Source of the DNA: Clostridiaceae bacterium
Lineage (GTDB): Bacteria > Bacillota > Clostridia > Saccharofermentanales > DTU023
Length of the DNA stretch: 64,000 bases
Direction of reading: 5' to 3'
Assembly: GCA_012518795.1 (NCBI GenBank)
Contig: JAAYRL010000054.1
Coordinates: 16,915-80,914 of the forward strand
The stretch's first letter is position 1, and each line of letters begins with the position of its first letter. This document shows, one piece after another, positions 54,217 through 63,274 of this stretch. The notes beneath the pieces were generated by a model. That model was not told where the DNA came from. It saw nothing but the letters and a program-made list of their open reading frames with translations, and searched no databases. Position numbers and translations under genes: made by a program.

Positions 54217-56163
54217 CTATAGGAGGGTACGAACCTTATCAATTACGGCTATGAAAGCTGCAATCCTGGTCAAGTCGAAAGTGATAAACCGGTCTGCTAC
54301 CTCGATTTCTTCATTGACCAGGGAATTCACACTCTTGTAAGATCTTCTTTTGAGATCTTCGATTGCACACTTCCGGGAGAGATTCGGATTTGGATACAGG
54401 GGTTCTCCGATCAAGATAAAATATCGGGGTTTTCCGGTCAACCACCTTTGTTTACCCTTACGAGATTTTACTAATCTGATTGCCATTGGCAAAATCGCTT
54501 TATTTTCTTTTATAGCAAAATAGAAGGCACCATTGCGAAAATCCCTCAAACCTTGGAAATTCTTTAACAAATATCCTTCAGGGAAAAAATGGACAATATT
54601 ATTTTTCTTTAACTTATGCTGAATCACCTGAACAAAATCTTTGGCCGAAGAATAAGTACTCGGTGTTGGAATGACTCCCAGCAGTTTAAGGATTTTCCCA
54701 ATGACCGGCAGCTTAAAATTGGCTGAGGTTGATACGAATGTCACATTTTCCGGGGAAAGGGCAACCGCAGCCATACTTGAATCCATGTTGTGGATATGGT
54801 TCATGATGCTGATTCCACCCTCATTATCAAGCAGGGCAAGATTTTTCCTGCCCTTAACTTTTACACCATAAAGGATAAAAAGAATCACATAAGCAATAAA
54901 ACTTATGAATTTTTTGGCTTGTCTGGTGAAAAAAACTCGGATTTTGCCGGGAAGTCTCGGTTTAGCAAATTTTTTCTTTTCTTTTTGAGCTTTTATTTTG
55001 TCTTGGTGGTGTGGTTCATCTATTTTCGGATATCCATATTTTTTTTGTTTTCTTAGTGCATCCTGATAGAGTTTGACTAGATCTTGAATTGTATTTTCCA
55101 CCCTCATGCCATCTGTTTTTTCAGCATATTTTTTCGAATATGATGCTTTTTCTGCAGGATTGTCTATCCAATATTCAATTTTTTCAGCCAAAGAATTGGC
55201 GTTACCTGCAGTGAATAGGGAATTTTCAGTTAAGGAAAAATTGTTGGTTGCTGACAATTTAGAGTCGGAAATGATTGGGACCAAGCCACAGGCCATGGCT
55301 TCCAGACAAGAGATCCCTTCAATTTCAGCATCAGAAGCGTGGATATATAAATCAGCTTGGTTCATGAGCTTTACCAGATCTTCTTGCGAATAAAAATCAA
55401 AGACTGGCTTGTTAGTCAAGTTCTTGCTTAGTTCTTCTAAGTTTTCCCGCTCAGGCCCTTGTCCGGCAAAAACCAGCTGTATTTTGTCTTGATACTTGCT
55501 TTGTTTAACAGCCTCGATCACGAGATCCTGTCGTTTTTCGCCGGATAAGCGACCCACTGTTAAAATCAAAAATTTGTCTTCGAATTGCTTGGCTCGCTCA
55601 ACCTGCATGGGTTTAAAAATATTGCTTACTCCGTTCGAGATAACTCTTACTTCAGCCTTGTAATCATGGGCGATAAGTTGGTTGGCGATCATCCGGCTTG
55701 GAGCATGAATGTAGTTAAATTTGCTGTAAAAGTGTTTACGGAAATCACTATATAATCGGTCATTAATTTTATCATTTGTGCCCAGTCCGATTGAGTAGGT
55801 GATATTTTGCGGTTGGAGATGGAAGGAGGATACAGTTGTAATACCCATCTGACGAGCTATCTTCTCACCCTCAATACAAAAAGGAGTAGGTAGGTGGAAG
55901 TGGACAATATCTGCTCCGTTAAAGGCTGCAAAATATTTACTGTCATCCGGCTTGGCAAATGTAAAACCTTGTGCGTCAACCAGGTGTTGAAAAAAAGGAA
56001 GACTGAACTTGTCCACAACAATTTTGTCAGTTGCCGGTTCTCCGGTTGAAAGAATCCTAACCTCATGTCCCAGATCCTGAAGAAGTTTTACGTTTCTTTT
56101 AGTTGCAGTAGCTACACCATTGTAAGGTTGGTCATATAAGTCTAGTACGTGTACTATTTTCAA
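54217..56163 (-). CDS. GT4 glycosyltransferase fused to a PlsC-type acyltransferase
   Basis: N-part: NGV, VGRLSGEKRQD, EIEGISCLEAMACG; C-part: NHIHNMD and FPEG; TTG start behind AGGTG. Confidence 0.88.
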   Translation of the reverse strand: MKIVHVLDLYDQPYNGVATATKRNVKLLQDLGHEVRILSTGEPATDKIVVDKFSLPFFQHLVDAQGFTFAKPDDSKYFAAFNGADIVHFHLPTPFCIEGEKIARQMGITTVSSFHLQPQNITYSIGLGTNDKINDRLYSDFRKHFYSKFNYIHAPSRMIANQLIAHDYKAEVRVISNGVSNIFKPMQVERAKQFEDKFLILTVGRLSGEKRQDLVIEAVKQSKYQDKIQLVFAGQGPERENLEELSKNLTNKPVFDFYSQEDLVKLMNQADLYIHASDAEIEGISCLEAMACGLVPIISDSKLSATNNFSLTENSLFTAGNANSLAEKIEYWIDNPAEKASYSKKYAEKTDGMRVENTIQDLVKLYQDALRKQKKYGYPKIDEPHHQDKIKAQKEKKKFAKPRLPGKIRVFFTRQAKKFISFIAYVILFILYGVKVKGRKNLALLDNEGGISIMNHIHNMDSSMAAVALSPENVTFVSTSANFKLPVIGKILKLLGVIPTPSTYSSAKDFVQVIQHKLKKNNIVHFFPEGYLLKNFQGLRDFRNGAFYFAIKENKAILPMAIRLVKSRKGKQRWLTGKPRYFILIGEPLYPNPNLSRKCAIEDLKRRSYKSVNSLVNEEIEVADRFITFDLTRIAAFIAVIDKVRTLL

Positions 56164-56206
56164 ATTGTTTACACCTGCCTTTAAATAAATTATATATCTA
56201 ATTATT

Positions 56207-56246
56207 AGCATCGCCAAGTGGTAAGGTCGTGTTATGCAAAATCCTG
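56207..56246 (+). pseudogene. Degenerate 5' half of a tRNA-Cys(GCA)-like sequence
   Basis: CATCGCCAAGTGGTAAGG D-arm followed by TGCAAAA at the anticodon-loop position; no T-arm or acceptor 3' strand. Confidence 0.5.
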
Positions 56247-56390
56247 AAAAAGCATTTCTATAGAATTATTTACATACAAATGTTAGAATAAAGATAATCT
56301 TTCAACAATGATAGATAACTTACGGCAATATCCTATGACAAGCTGTTACACTCACTGATTGCCGGCAGATGAGTTGTAAGGAGGGAGCTT

Positions 56391-56951
56391 GTGGCAAATT
56401 CCAATATAACAAAACAAGCACTTTCAATTGCCTTGAAAGAACTCATGGAAGAAGTTCCTTTCGATAAAATCCGTATAGCAGATATTTGTAATCGATGTGA
56501 TATGAATCGAAAGAGTTTCTATTATCATTTTAAAGATAAATATGATCTGCTCAACTGGATTTTTGATACCGAATTTATTTCATTTGCTAAAGATCTTTCA
56601 CAAGCTGAAGAACTTAATGAGCATGTAGATGCAGTCCAAAATATATGCAATTATTTCTATGAAAACAGAGATTTCTATCGCAAGGCGTTACAAACAGAAG
56701 GGCAAAACTCTTTTCCTGAACATTTCCGAGCATATGTAATGCCGATTATGAAGCTGCGAATTGAGTATTTATTCGGTGACAGCGATGATGAGTTCACATT
56801 GAATTTTTTTACTGATGCAGCAGTGGCTACAATAGAGCGTTGGCTGTTGGATAAAAATTGTATGCCACCGGATGAATTTATGAACAAATTGCTGCACATC
56901 GTTCAGCAAGGAGCAGAAACATTGCACAATGAATTAAATAAGGAAGAATAA
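56391..56951 (+). CDS. TetR/AcrR-family regulator (DhaS-like)
   Basis: DICNRCDMNRKSFYYHFKDKYDLLNWIF. Confidence 0.93.
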   Translation: MANSNITKQALSIALKELMEEVPFDKIRIADICNRCDMNRKSFYYHFKDKYDLLNWIFDTEFISFAKDLSQAEELNEHVDAVQNICNYFYENRDFYRKALQTEGQNSFPEHFRAYVMPIMKLRIEYLFGDSDDEFTLNFFTDAAVATIERWLLDKNCMPPDEFMNKLLHIVQQGAETLHNELNKEE

Positions 56952-56986
56952 TGGATTGAAATTCTCAGGGTAATTATTCTGAGTTA

Positions 56987-57172
56987 TTAACAATTACTTT
57001 CTTTTAAAAAATTGGTGATCTTTATGCCATCTTGGTAGCCTTTTTGATATAGTTGGTTGAGGTCGTTTATATCCCGGCTTAATGTGCTTACACCGCAGTC
57101 AAGTACTCCGGCTGTATAAATTCCTCTGAAACCGCCGCCCACATCTACGATGCCGATTTTTTCTTTTTTCAC
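56987..57172 (-). pseudogene. Patatin-like phospholipase remnant (in-frame internal deletion)
   Basis: GIVDVGGGFRGIYTAGVLD joined directly to C-terminal-like CGVSTLSRD...LYQKGYQDG; no GxSxG or DGG; 61 aa. Confidence 0.75.
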
Positions 57173-57173
57173 A

Positions 57174-58205
57174 TTAATTTACCTTCTGTTTTGTACAAGT
57201 ATTCAATAGAATATCTGTAATACTGCTTCGAAAGAGGTTATGGTGTCCATTCTCGAAGGTTTTTTCATAATCACATAAATTGCCTTTTTTATTAAAGTAC
57301 ACGAAACAAGCATCCTCTGAAATAATCGTGTCGACCAGACAATTATCCCCTTGCAAATCCCAAGCGATCGTACTGTACGATTGGTCAAGGCGAATTTGCT
57401 TCACTGTCGAATATATTACTTGGCGAACTTCTCTCAAACAATTCTTTTCCGGTATCAGAACGGAAAAAATAGGTGAAAACTCTTGAACACTATCAAATAA
57501 ATCACCATTGATGATGATTTCTGTGTTTTTCTGTCCATACTCATACCATATAGAGTAAAGCATTTTATTTGCACGAAGTTCAGCACAAACATCGGTGATA
57601 TTATCATCGTAACGGATAACGACCATCAGATTATTTAATGTAGTCGCTTCTTCAAGGAATCTAAGGGTTATGTCCTTCGGATCACAAAACACACAAAAAG
57701 CACTGTCAGGGTGTTTTTTTATAAGGGAAAACGTTTTGCCAGGCTGATCAGGTACAAAAAACATCCATGTGTAAATACCTAAACTTTCACCCTCAAAGAT
57801 CAGATCATCATATTTTTGCTGATTTTTTTCAAACAGTTTTGAGTCCATCTCAACACATATTGTCCACGGAATATTGCAACCCAGAACCTTTTCATTTTCC
57901 CTGATTCGTTTTGCACCAACGGTACAACTGTTATATCCCACGTTGATACCGAACGTATAGAGTTTTTCTGTGTCTGCATACGTTATGGCATCTCTTATCA
58001 GATTATAATAAGCACTGTTCTCATTCCGGAGCATAGTTTGAGCAACTGTGAAAAAGTCCCTTTGAAATCTGCCGTCCGAAAATTGCAAGGCAAAATCGAT
58101 CAGGTTTCTGATACCGCGTTCCGGACTGTGTTTAATACTTTTTAATGCCTTTTTAACAATAGTTTCAACAAATAATCGAGGCATTCTGTTTTTCATTAGG
58201 TACAT
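57174..58205 (-). CDS. Radical-SAM-derived protein lacking CxxxCxxC
   Basis: Co-linear with 58477-59823 (GCNIPWTI vs NCNIPWAI; EGESLGIYTW vs QGNEMGTYMY; KKHPDSAF vs EAHPDCMF). Confidence 0.7.
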   Translation of the reverse strand: MYLMKNRMPRLFVETIVKKALKSIKHSPERGIRNLIDFALQFSDGRFQRDFFTVAQTMLRNENSAYYNLIRDAITYADTEKLYTFGINVGYNSCTVGAKRIRENEKVLGCNIPWTICVEMDSKLFEKNQQKYDDLIFEGESLGIYTWMFFVPDQPGKTFSLIKKHPDSAFCVFCDPKDITLRFLEEATTLNNLMVVIRYDDNITDVCAELRANKMLYSIWYEYGQKNTEIIINGDLFDSVQEFSPIFSVLIPEKNCLREVRQVIYSTVKQIRLDQSYSTIAWDLQGDNCLVDTIISEDACFVYFNKKGNLCDYEKTFENGHHNLFRSSITDILLNTCTKQKVN

Positions 58206-58476
58206 TTGCTCCTTCTAAAGTACTGACATACCCTCTGCAGCCTAACCAAAGAGTATTAAAAGAGATAATTACCAACAATGCACAAAGTTCTCTCAATGTC
58301 GTAAAAGGTGACAGATTATCAGTTATGTTACAATTTAGGACTTTTACCATTTAGTGTCTAATGAACTTTCAGAGTCCGTTTTTTATAATCTGATTAAATA
58401 AAATTATATATGTCAACTGATTTTCGGAACATTTTTAAATTAACTGAACACTAAACAGAAAAAGGAGAAATATACG

Positions 58477-59823
58477 ATGAGCAGAACATTTAAAGAAAAT
58501 ATGCAAGCCTTTGCAATAAAGCAAGTTCTTAACTACCTTGATGAAGATCCGGAAAAGAGTTTGCCCAAAATATTAGGATGGGCTGAAAAGTTTGACAAGG
58601 ATGGTAATCTTGCACATTTGATTAAACCTTTTCACTCAGTTTTAGATGATCCGGACAACAACTGGAATATGCTTATTAAAAGCCTATGGACTGATATAAA
58701 CCCCGCTGTCCGCAAAGTTTTTTTTGAGAATTTCGTTATAAATGCTACATTTATCGGTTTTCCTCGACAAAAAAAATGGAAAAAAGAACATAACTGCAAC
58801 ATCCCATGGGCCATTTTGATGGATCTTACATCTGCCTGCAATCTTAAATGTATCGGATGTTGGGCAGCAGATTACGGTCAAAAGCTGAATTTGGAATACG
58901 AGGTGCTTGATGATATTATCCGTCAGGGTAATGAGATGGGTACCTATATGTATATTTACTCCGGGGGTGAGCCATTAGTTCGTAAGGACGATATTATCCG
59001 TTTGTGCGAGGCACATCCTGACTGTATGTTCCTGGCTTTCACCAATGGAACGTTGATTGACGAAAAGTTTGCTGATGAAATGTTACGTGTTAAGAACTTT
59101 GTGCCTGCTATCAGTATCGAAGGATTTGAAGAAGCAACTGATTACCGTCGCGGCAAGGGTACCTATCAGAAGGTTATGAATGCTATGCGCATTCTGAAAG
59201 AAAAGAAATTAATATTTGGTGCATCCTGTTGCTACACTTCCAAAAACATCGATTCTCTTAGTTCTGAGGAATACATCGATATGCTGGTAGAATCAGGAGC
59301 AAAATTTGCCTGGTTCTTTCATTATATGCCGGTTGGCAATACGGCTGTTCCTGAACTATTACCCTTACCGGAGCAACGCGAAATTATGTACCATAAAATC
59401 AGAGAATATAGAAAAAGCAAACCTATTTTTACCATTGATTTCCAAAATGACGGTGAATATGTTAACGGATGTATCGCAGGCGGTAATTCTTATCTGCACA
59501 TTAATGCTAACGGTGATATAGAACCCTGTGCGTTTATTCACTACGCAGACTCCAACATTAGAAGCCATACACTCATAGAAGCCTATAAACGTCCTTTATT
59601 TATGGCTTATAAAGAAGGACAACCTTTCAATGAGAATATGCTCCGTCCTTGTCCCATGCTGGAAAATCCGGAGTGTCTCTGCAATATGGTAAAACGTTCC
59701 GGTGCACATTCAACTGATATGCAGTCTCCTGAAAATATTGACGATTTATACGCTAAGTGCAAACCTTATGCAGACCGCTGGGCTCCCAAAGCTGACGAAC
59801 TGTGGGCAGCAAGTCATAAGTAA
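58477..59823 (+). CDS. Radical SAM protein with SPASM/twitch-like C-terminus
   Basis: CNLKCIGC, SGGEP, FTNG, CIAGG...GDIEPC...RPCP; AAGGAG RBS. Confidence 0.93.
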   Translation: MSRTFKENMQAFAIKQVLNYLDEDPEKSLPKILGWAEKFDKDGNLAHLIKPFHSVLDDPDNNWNMLIKSLWTDINPAVRKVFFENFVINATFIGFPRQKKWKKEHNCNIPWAILMDLTSACNLKCIGCWAADYGQKLNLEYEVLDDIIRQGNEMGTYMYIYSGGEPLVRKDDIIRLCEAHPDCMFLAFTNGTLIDEKFADEMLRVKNFVPAISIEGFEEATDYRRGKGTYQKVMNAMRILKEKKLIFGASCCYTSKNIDSLSSEEYIDMLVESGAKFAWFFHYMPVGNTAVPELLPLPEQREIMYHKIREYRKSKPIFTIDFQNDGEYVNGCIAGGNSYLHINANGDIEPCAFIHYADSNIRSHTLIEAYKRPLFMAYKEGQPFNENMLRPCPMLENPECLCNMVKRSGAHSTDMQSPENIDDLYAKCKPYADRWAPKADELWAASHK

Positions 59824-59850
59824 GAGTAGTTCTGCGTCAAGAAAAAATGC

Positions 59851-59885
59851 AAAACCCCTCTATCCTGTCCGGATTTTGGGGTTTA
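59851..59885. terminator. Hairpin terminator between convergent genes
   Basis: AAACCCC...GGGGTTT. Confidence 0.55.
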
Positions 59886-59913
59886 TTGTATAAGCTATAC
59901 ATTATGCAATTAC

Positions 59914-60153
59914 TTACGCTTCAAATAAGTCATCTAAATTAACTTCGTTAAGAATTTCTCGTAAAATCGAAGCTTCTTCATAGCTTAAGGAAACACCTTT
60001 ACTCATTTTAGCATGCTCCGGTGCCCAATCACGGATATCCAATTTTGCCGGATTCTCATTCCAACTGACCATATTTACTTCACGATTCCAGCCAGAACGC
60101 CCGGAACTTAATTTACCGATATTTTGTTTTACTTCGTATTTAAAATCAGCCAT
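59914..60153 (-). CDS. PC4/YdbC-family ssDNA-binding protein
   Basis: GWNREVNMVSWN, DIRDWAPEHAKMSKGVSL. Confidence 0.92.
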   Translation of the reverse strand: MADFKYEVKQNIGKLSSGRSGWNREVNMVSWNENPAKLDIRDWAPEHAKMSKGVSLSYEEASILREILNEVNLDDLFEA

Positions 60154-60176
60154 TTTCTTCTCCTTTATAACAATAT

Positions 60177-60221
60177 AAGCTCTGCTAAGAAAATCAAATT
60201 TTCTTTATTTTAGCAGAGCTT
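60177..60221. terminator. Stem-loop downstream of glgP
   Basis: AAGCTCTGCTAA...TTAGCAGAGCTT. Confidence 0.65.
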
Positions 60222-60249
60222 GAATTTATATCAATATTTCACATCAATG

Positions 60250-62622
60250 TTAAGCAATTGGTTCCGGTTCAACTTTCCAAATTTCTTCAGCATATTGTTC
60301 AATAGTTCTATCTGAACTAAACTGACCACTATTACAAATGTTTGCCCAGCACATCTTGGCCCAAGTTGCTTCGTCTTGATATGCTTTAAAAGCATCTTGG
60401 CGACGCTTTTTATAATCCGAGAAATCACCTAATACATAATAGATATCTGCTTTGTCCCAATTTGAACCATATAATAAACTATTATATAATTCGCGGAACA
60501 TACCTGTATCATCATCATTGAAAGTTCCATCAACTAATGAATCCACAATGCGTTTAAGTCCCGGAATATTTTCATATTGCCATTGTGAATTATAGAAATC
60601 TAAAGTTGCCGGGAAATCTTTCAGATTCGAACCGAACATAAAGTTGTTTTCTTCACCGGCAAACTCAACTATTTCAATATTAGCACCATCGTATGTACCC
60701 AATGTCAAGGCTCCATTCATCATAAATTTCATATTGCCGGTACCTGAAGCTTCTTTACCGACTGTCGAAATCTGTTCTGACAGATCTGATGCAGGAAAAA
60801 TCTTTTCCGCATATGAAACATTGTAGTTCTGAACAAAGACTACTTTCATTTGATCATTGACATCAGGATCATTATTTATCCTCTTGGCGATTTCGTTGAT
60901 AAATTTGATAATCGCTTTTGCTCGGAAGTAACCCGGAGCGGATTTTCCGCCGAAAATATATGTTACCGGAGTAATTTTAGTTCCCGGATTATCTTTCAGA
61001 TAAAAATATTGATCGAGAATTGCAAAAGCATTGAGTAACTGTCGTTTATATTCATGGATGCGTTTGACTTGAACATCAAAAACGGAATCCGGATCAATTT
61101 TAATTCCTTCACGCTTTTCAATGTATCTAGATAAAGCAACCTTATTCTCACGTTTAATTTGCATCAAACGTTGCATCACTTCTTGATCATTTTTATAGGG
61201 CAATAACTTTTGCAATAAAGATAAATTAGTAACCCAATCTTCACTACCCAACAATTCTGTTAACAAAGCTGACAATTTGGGATTGCAAGTTCTCAACCAA
61301 CGTCTCGGTGTAACTCCATTGGTTTTATTATTGAATTTTCCCGGCCAAATTTTGAAATAGCAATTAAAAGTGGTATTTTGCAAAATATTAGTATGAATTC
61401 TGGCAACACCGTTTACCGAATAAGACATATACACTGCCATATTGGCCATATGAACCATCCCGTCATGGATAATCGAATTTTTCTCGATTTGGTCAGCATT
61501 GAAATGACATTCTCTTAATTCATTACGTAATAGGTTATCAATTTTTTGGATTATTTCCAGAATTCTCGGGAATAAGAATTGGAAAATACTGATTTCCCAT
61601 TTTTCCAAAGCTTCAGCCAAAGTTGTATGATTGGTAAAAGCAAAAGTTTTTCTGGTTATGGCAAAGGCTTGATCCCATTCAACCCCTTTTTCATCGACTA
61701 ATATTCTTATCAATTCAGGGATTCCTAATACCGGATGCGTATCATTCAATTGTATACTGTTATAATCAGCAAACTTGCTATAATCTTTGCCATGTTCTCT
61801 TTCATACATATTTAAAATATTTTGGAGAGACGCTGATACAAAGAAATATTGTTGTCTTACTCTAAGAACTTTACCGTCATATGAAGTATCATTCGGATAA
61901 AGGACACGGAAAATATCATTAACTCGATTTCTTTCGATAACTGCATCATCAAAACGTTGCGAATTAAACAAGTTAAAGTCAAATGCTTCTGCCGGTTCCG
62001 GTTTCCATAAACGAAGAACATTAACATTCTTTGTACCGAAACCCGTAACAGGTAAATCATAAGGTACAGCAATAACATCCAAATCTTGATAACGAACTGT
62101 CACTATATCTTCTGATCTTTTTACATTAAAGGGATACGGATATTCCATCCACTCGTCCGGATATTCTTTTTGGAATCCGTTTTCAAACAATTGTTTAAGC
62201 AAACCGTAACGGTAGAGAATTCCGAATCCGGTAACAGGATAATTAAGTGTTGTACTGGAATCTAAAAAACAAGCAGCTAAACGACCCAGACCACCATTAC
62301 CAAGTCCCGGATCAGTTTCTTGTTCTTCTAAATCATTTAAATCAAAACCTAATTCCTGAACCGCCTCTTGCACTTCATCATAGATTCCCAGATTCACAAT
62401 ATTGTTAATCAAGCTACGGCCAACCAAAAATTCTGCAGAAAAATAGAATGCTTGTTTACCTTTACGATAAGTTTCACGCGTGCTTTCCCAATTCTCGGTT
62501 AAGATTTGCATAATTGAACGTGATAAAGATTGCCAAATTTCCGTTTCAGTAGCATGCTTCAAGTTTTTGCCGTATTCAGCAGCTAAATTAGCTTTAATAC
62601 TGTCCACCAACTGTTCTTTCAT
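60250..62622 (-). CDS. glgP: Glycogen/maltodextrin phosphorylase
   Basis: GLGNGGLGRLAACF, QLNDTHP, KRIHEYKRQ, EASGTGNMK (PLP lysine). Confidence 0.96.
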   Translation of the reverse strand: MKEQLVDSIKANLAAEYGKNLKHATETEIWQSLSRSIMQILTENWESTRETYRKGKQAFYFSAEFLVGRSLINNIVNLGIYDEVQEAVQELGFDLNDLEEQETDPGLGNGGLGRLAACFLDSSTTLNYPVTGFGILYRYGLLKQLFENGFQKEYPDEWMEYPYPFNVKRSEDIVTVRYQDLDVIAVPYDLPVTGFGTKNVNVLRLWKPEPAEAFDFNLFNSQRFDDAVIERNRVNDIFRVLYPNDTSYDGKVLRVRQQYFFVSASLQNILNMYEREHGKDYSKFADYNSIQLNDTHPVLGIPELIRILVDEKGVEWDQAFAITRKTFAFTNHTTLAEALEKWEISIFQFLFPRILEIIQKIDNLLRNELRECHFNADQIEKNSIIHDGMVHMANMAVYMSYSVNGVARIHTNILQNTTFNCYFKIWPGKFNNKTNGVTPRRWLRTCNPKLSALLTELLGSEDWVTNLSLLQKLLPYKNDQEVMQRLMQIKRENKVALSRYIEKREGIKIDPDSVFDVQVKRIHEYKRQLLNAFAILDQYFYLKDNPGTKITPVTYIFGGKSAPGYFRAKAIIKFINEIAKRINNDPDVNDQMKVVFVQNYNVSYAEKIFPASDLSEQISTVGKEASGTGNMKFMMNGALTLGTYDGANIEIVEFAGEENNFMFGSNLKDFPATLDFYNSQWQYENIPGLKRIVDSLVDGTFNDDDTGMFRELYNSLLYGSNWDKADIYYVLGDFSDYKKRRQDAFKAYQDEATWAKMCWANICNSGQFSSDRTIEQYAEEIWKVEPEPIA

Positions 62623-62783
62623 AAAATCTCTCCTATAAAATAATTAATTATCATAAAATAATAGTTCAAATAATGGATCGCAATCTTGTGAAATTGCAAC
62701 AACCTTATCTATGTTACCAAATTTATCATTATTTACCAAAAAAATAATATATTCCTTATAATCTTGTCTGATATTCTAAATTT

Positions 62784-63251
62784 ATGAATATTTTTTTTAA
62801 TCTGTTTTGCTTTTTGCCCTTTTTACGTTTTTCCTATACAGATTTACGTTGGCAAAAAGTTTATAACAGCGAAATAATCATAACTTGGATAACTACATTG
62901 GGAATCAAGATTATTACCTTTAATTTACAACAAATCGTTTTGAGTTTTCTCGTATCTTTCTGCCTTTTAATTATTCTTATGTTCATAGTATTAATTTCCG
63001 AATCAATTCTGAATCAATATCTATTCGGTGGTGGTGATATCAAAATAATCTCTTTATTAGCATGGTCTTTTGATTTAACAATTGCATTATGTGCTATTTG
63101 TCTTGGTTGTTGTTTAGCACTCACATTTTATTTGCTAAAAAAATGTATTTATAATTCTAAAAAAATAATTATTCCGTTTGCCCCTTTTTTGACTACAGGA
63201 ATTCTGTTTTCGCTACTCTTGCAACATTTTTCCCTATTAAGTAAAATATGA
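62784..63251 (+). CDS. A24-family prepilin peptidase (short form)
   Basis: SYTDLR, FGGGDIK, IPFAPFL. Confidence 0.8.
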   Translation: MNIFFNLFCFLPFLRFSYTDLRWQKVYNSEIIITWITTLGIKIITFNLQQIVLSFLVSFCLLIILMFIVLISESILNQYLFGGGDIKIISLLAWSFDLTIALCAICLGCCLALTFYLLKKCIYNSKKIIIPFAPFLTTGILFSLLLQHFSLLSKI

Positions 63252-63274
63252 AATAATTATTGAGGTGCAATAAT

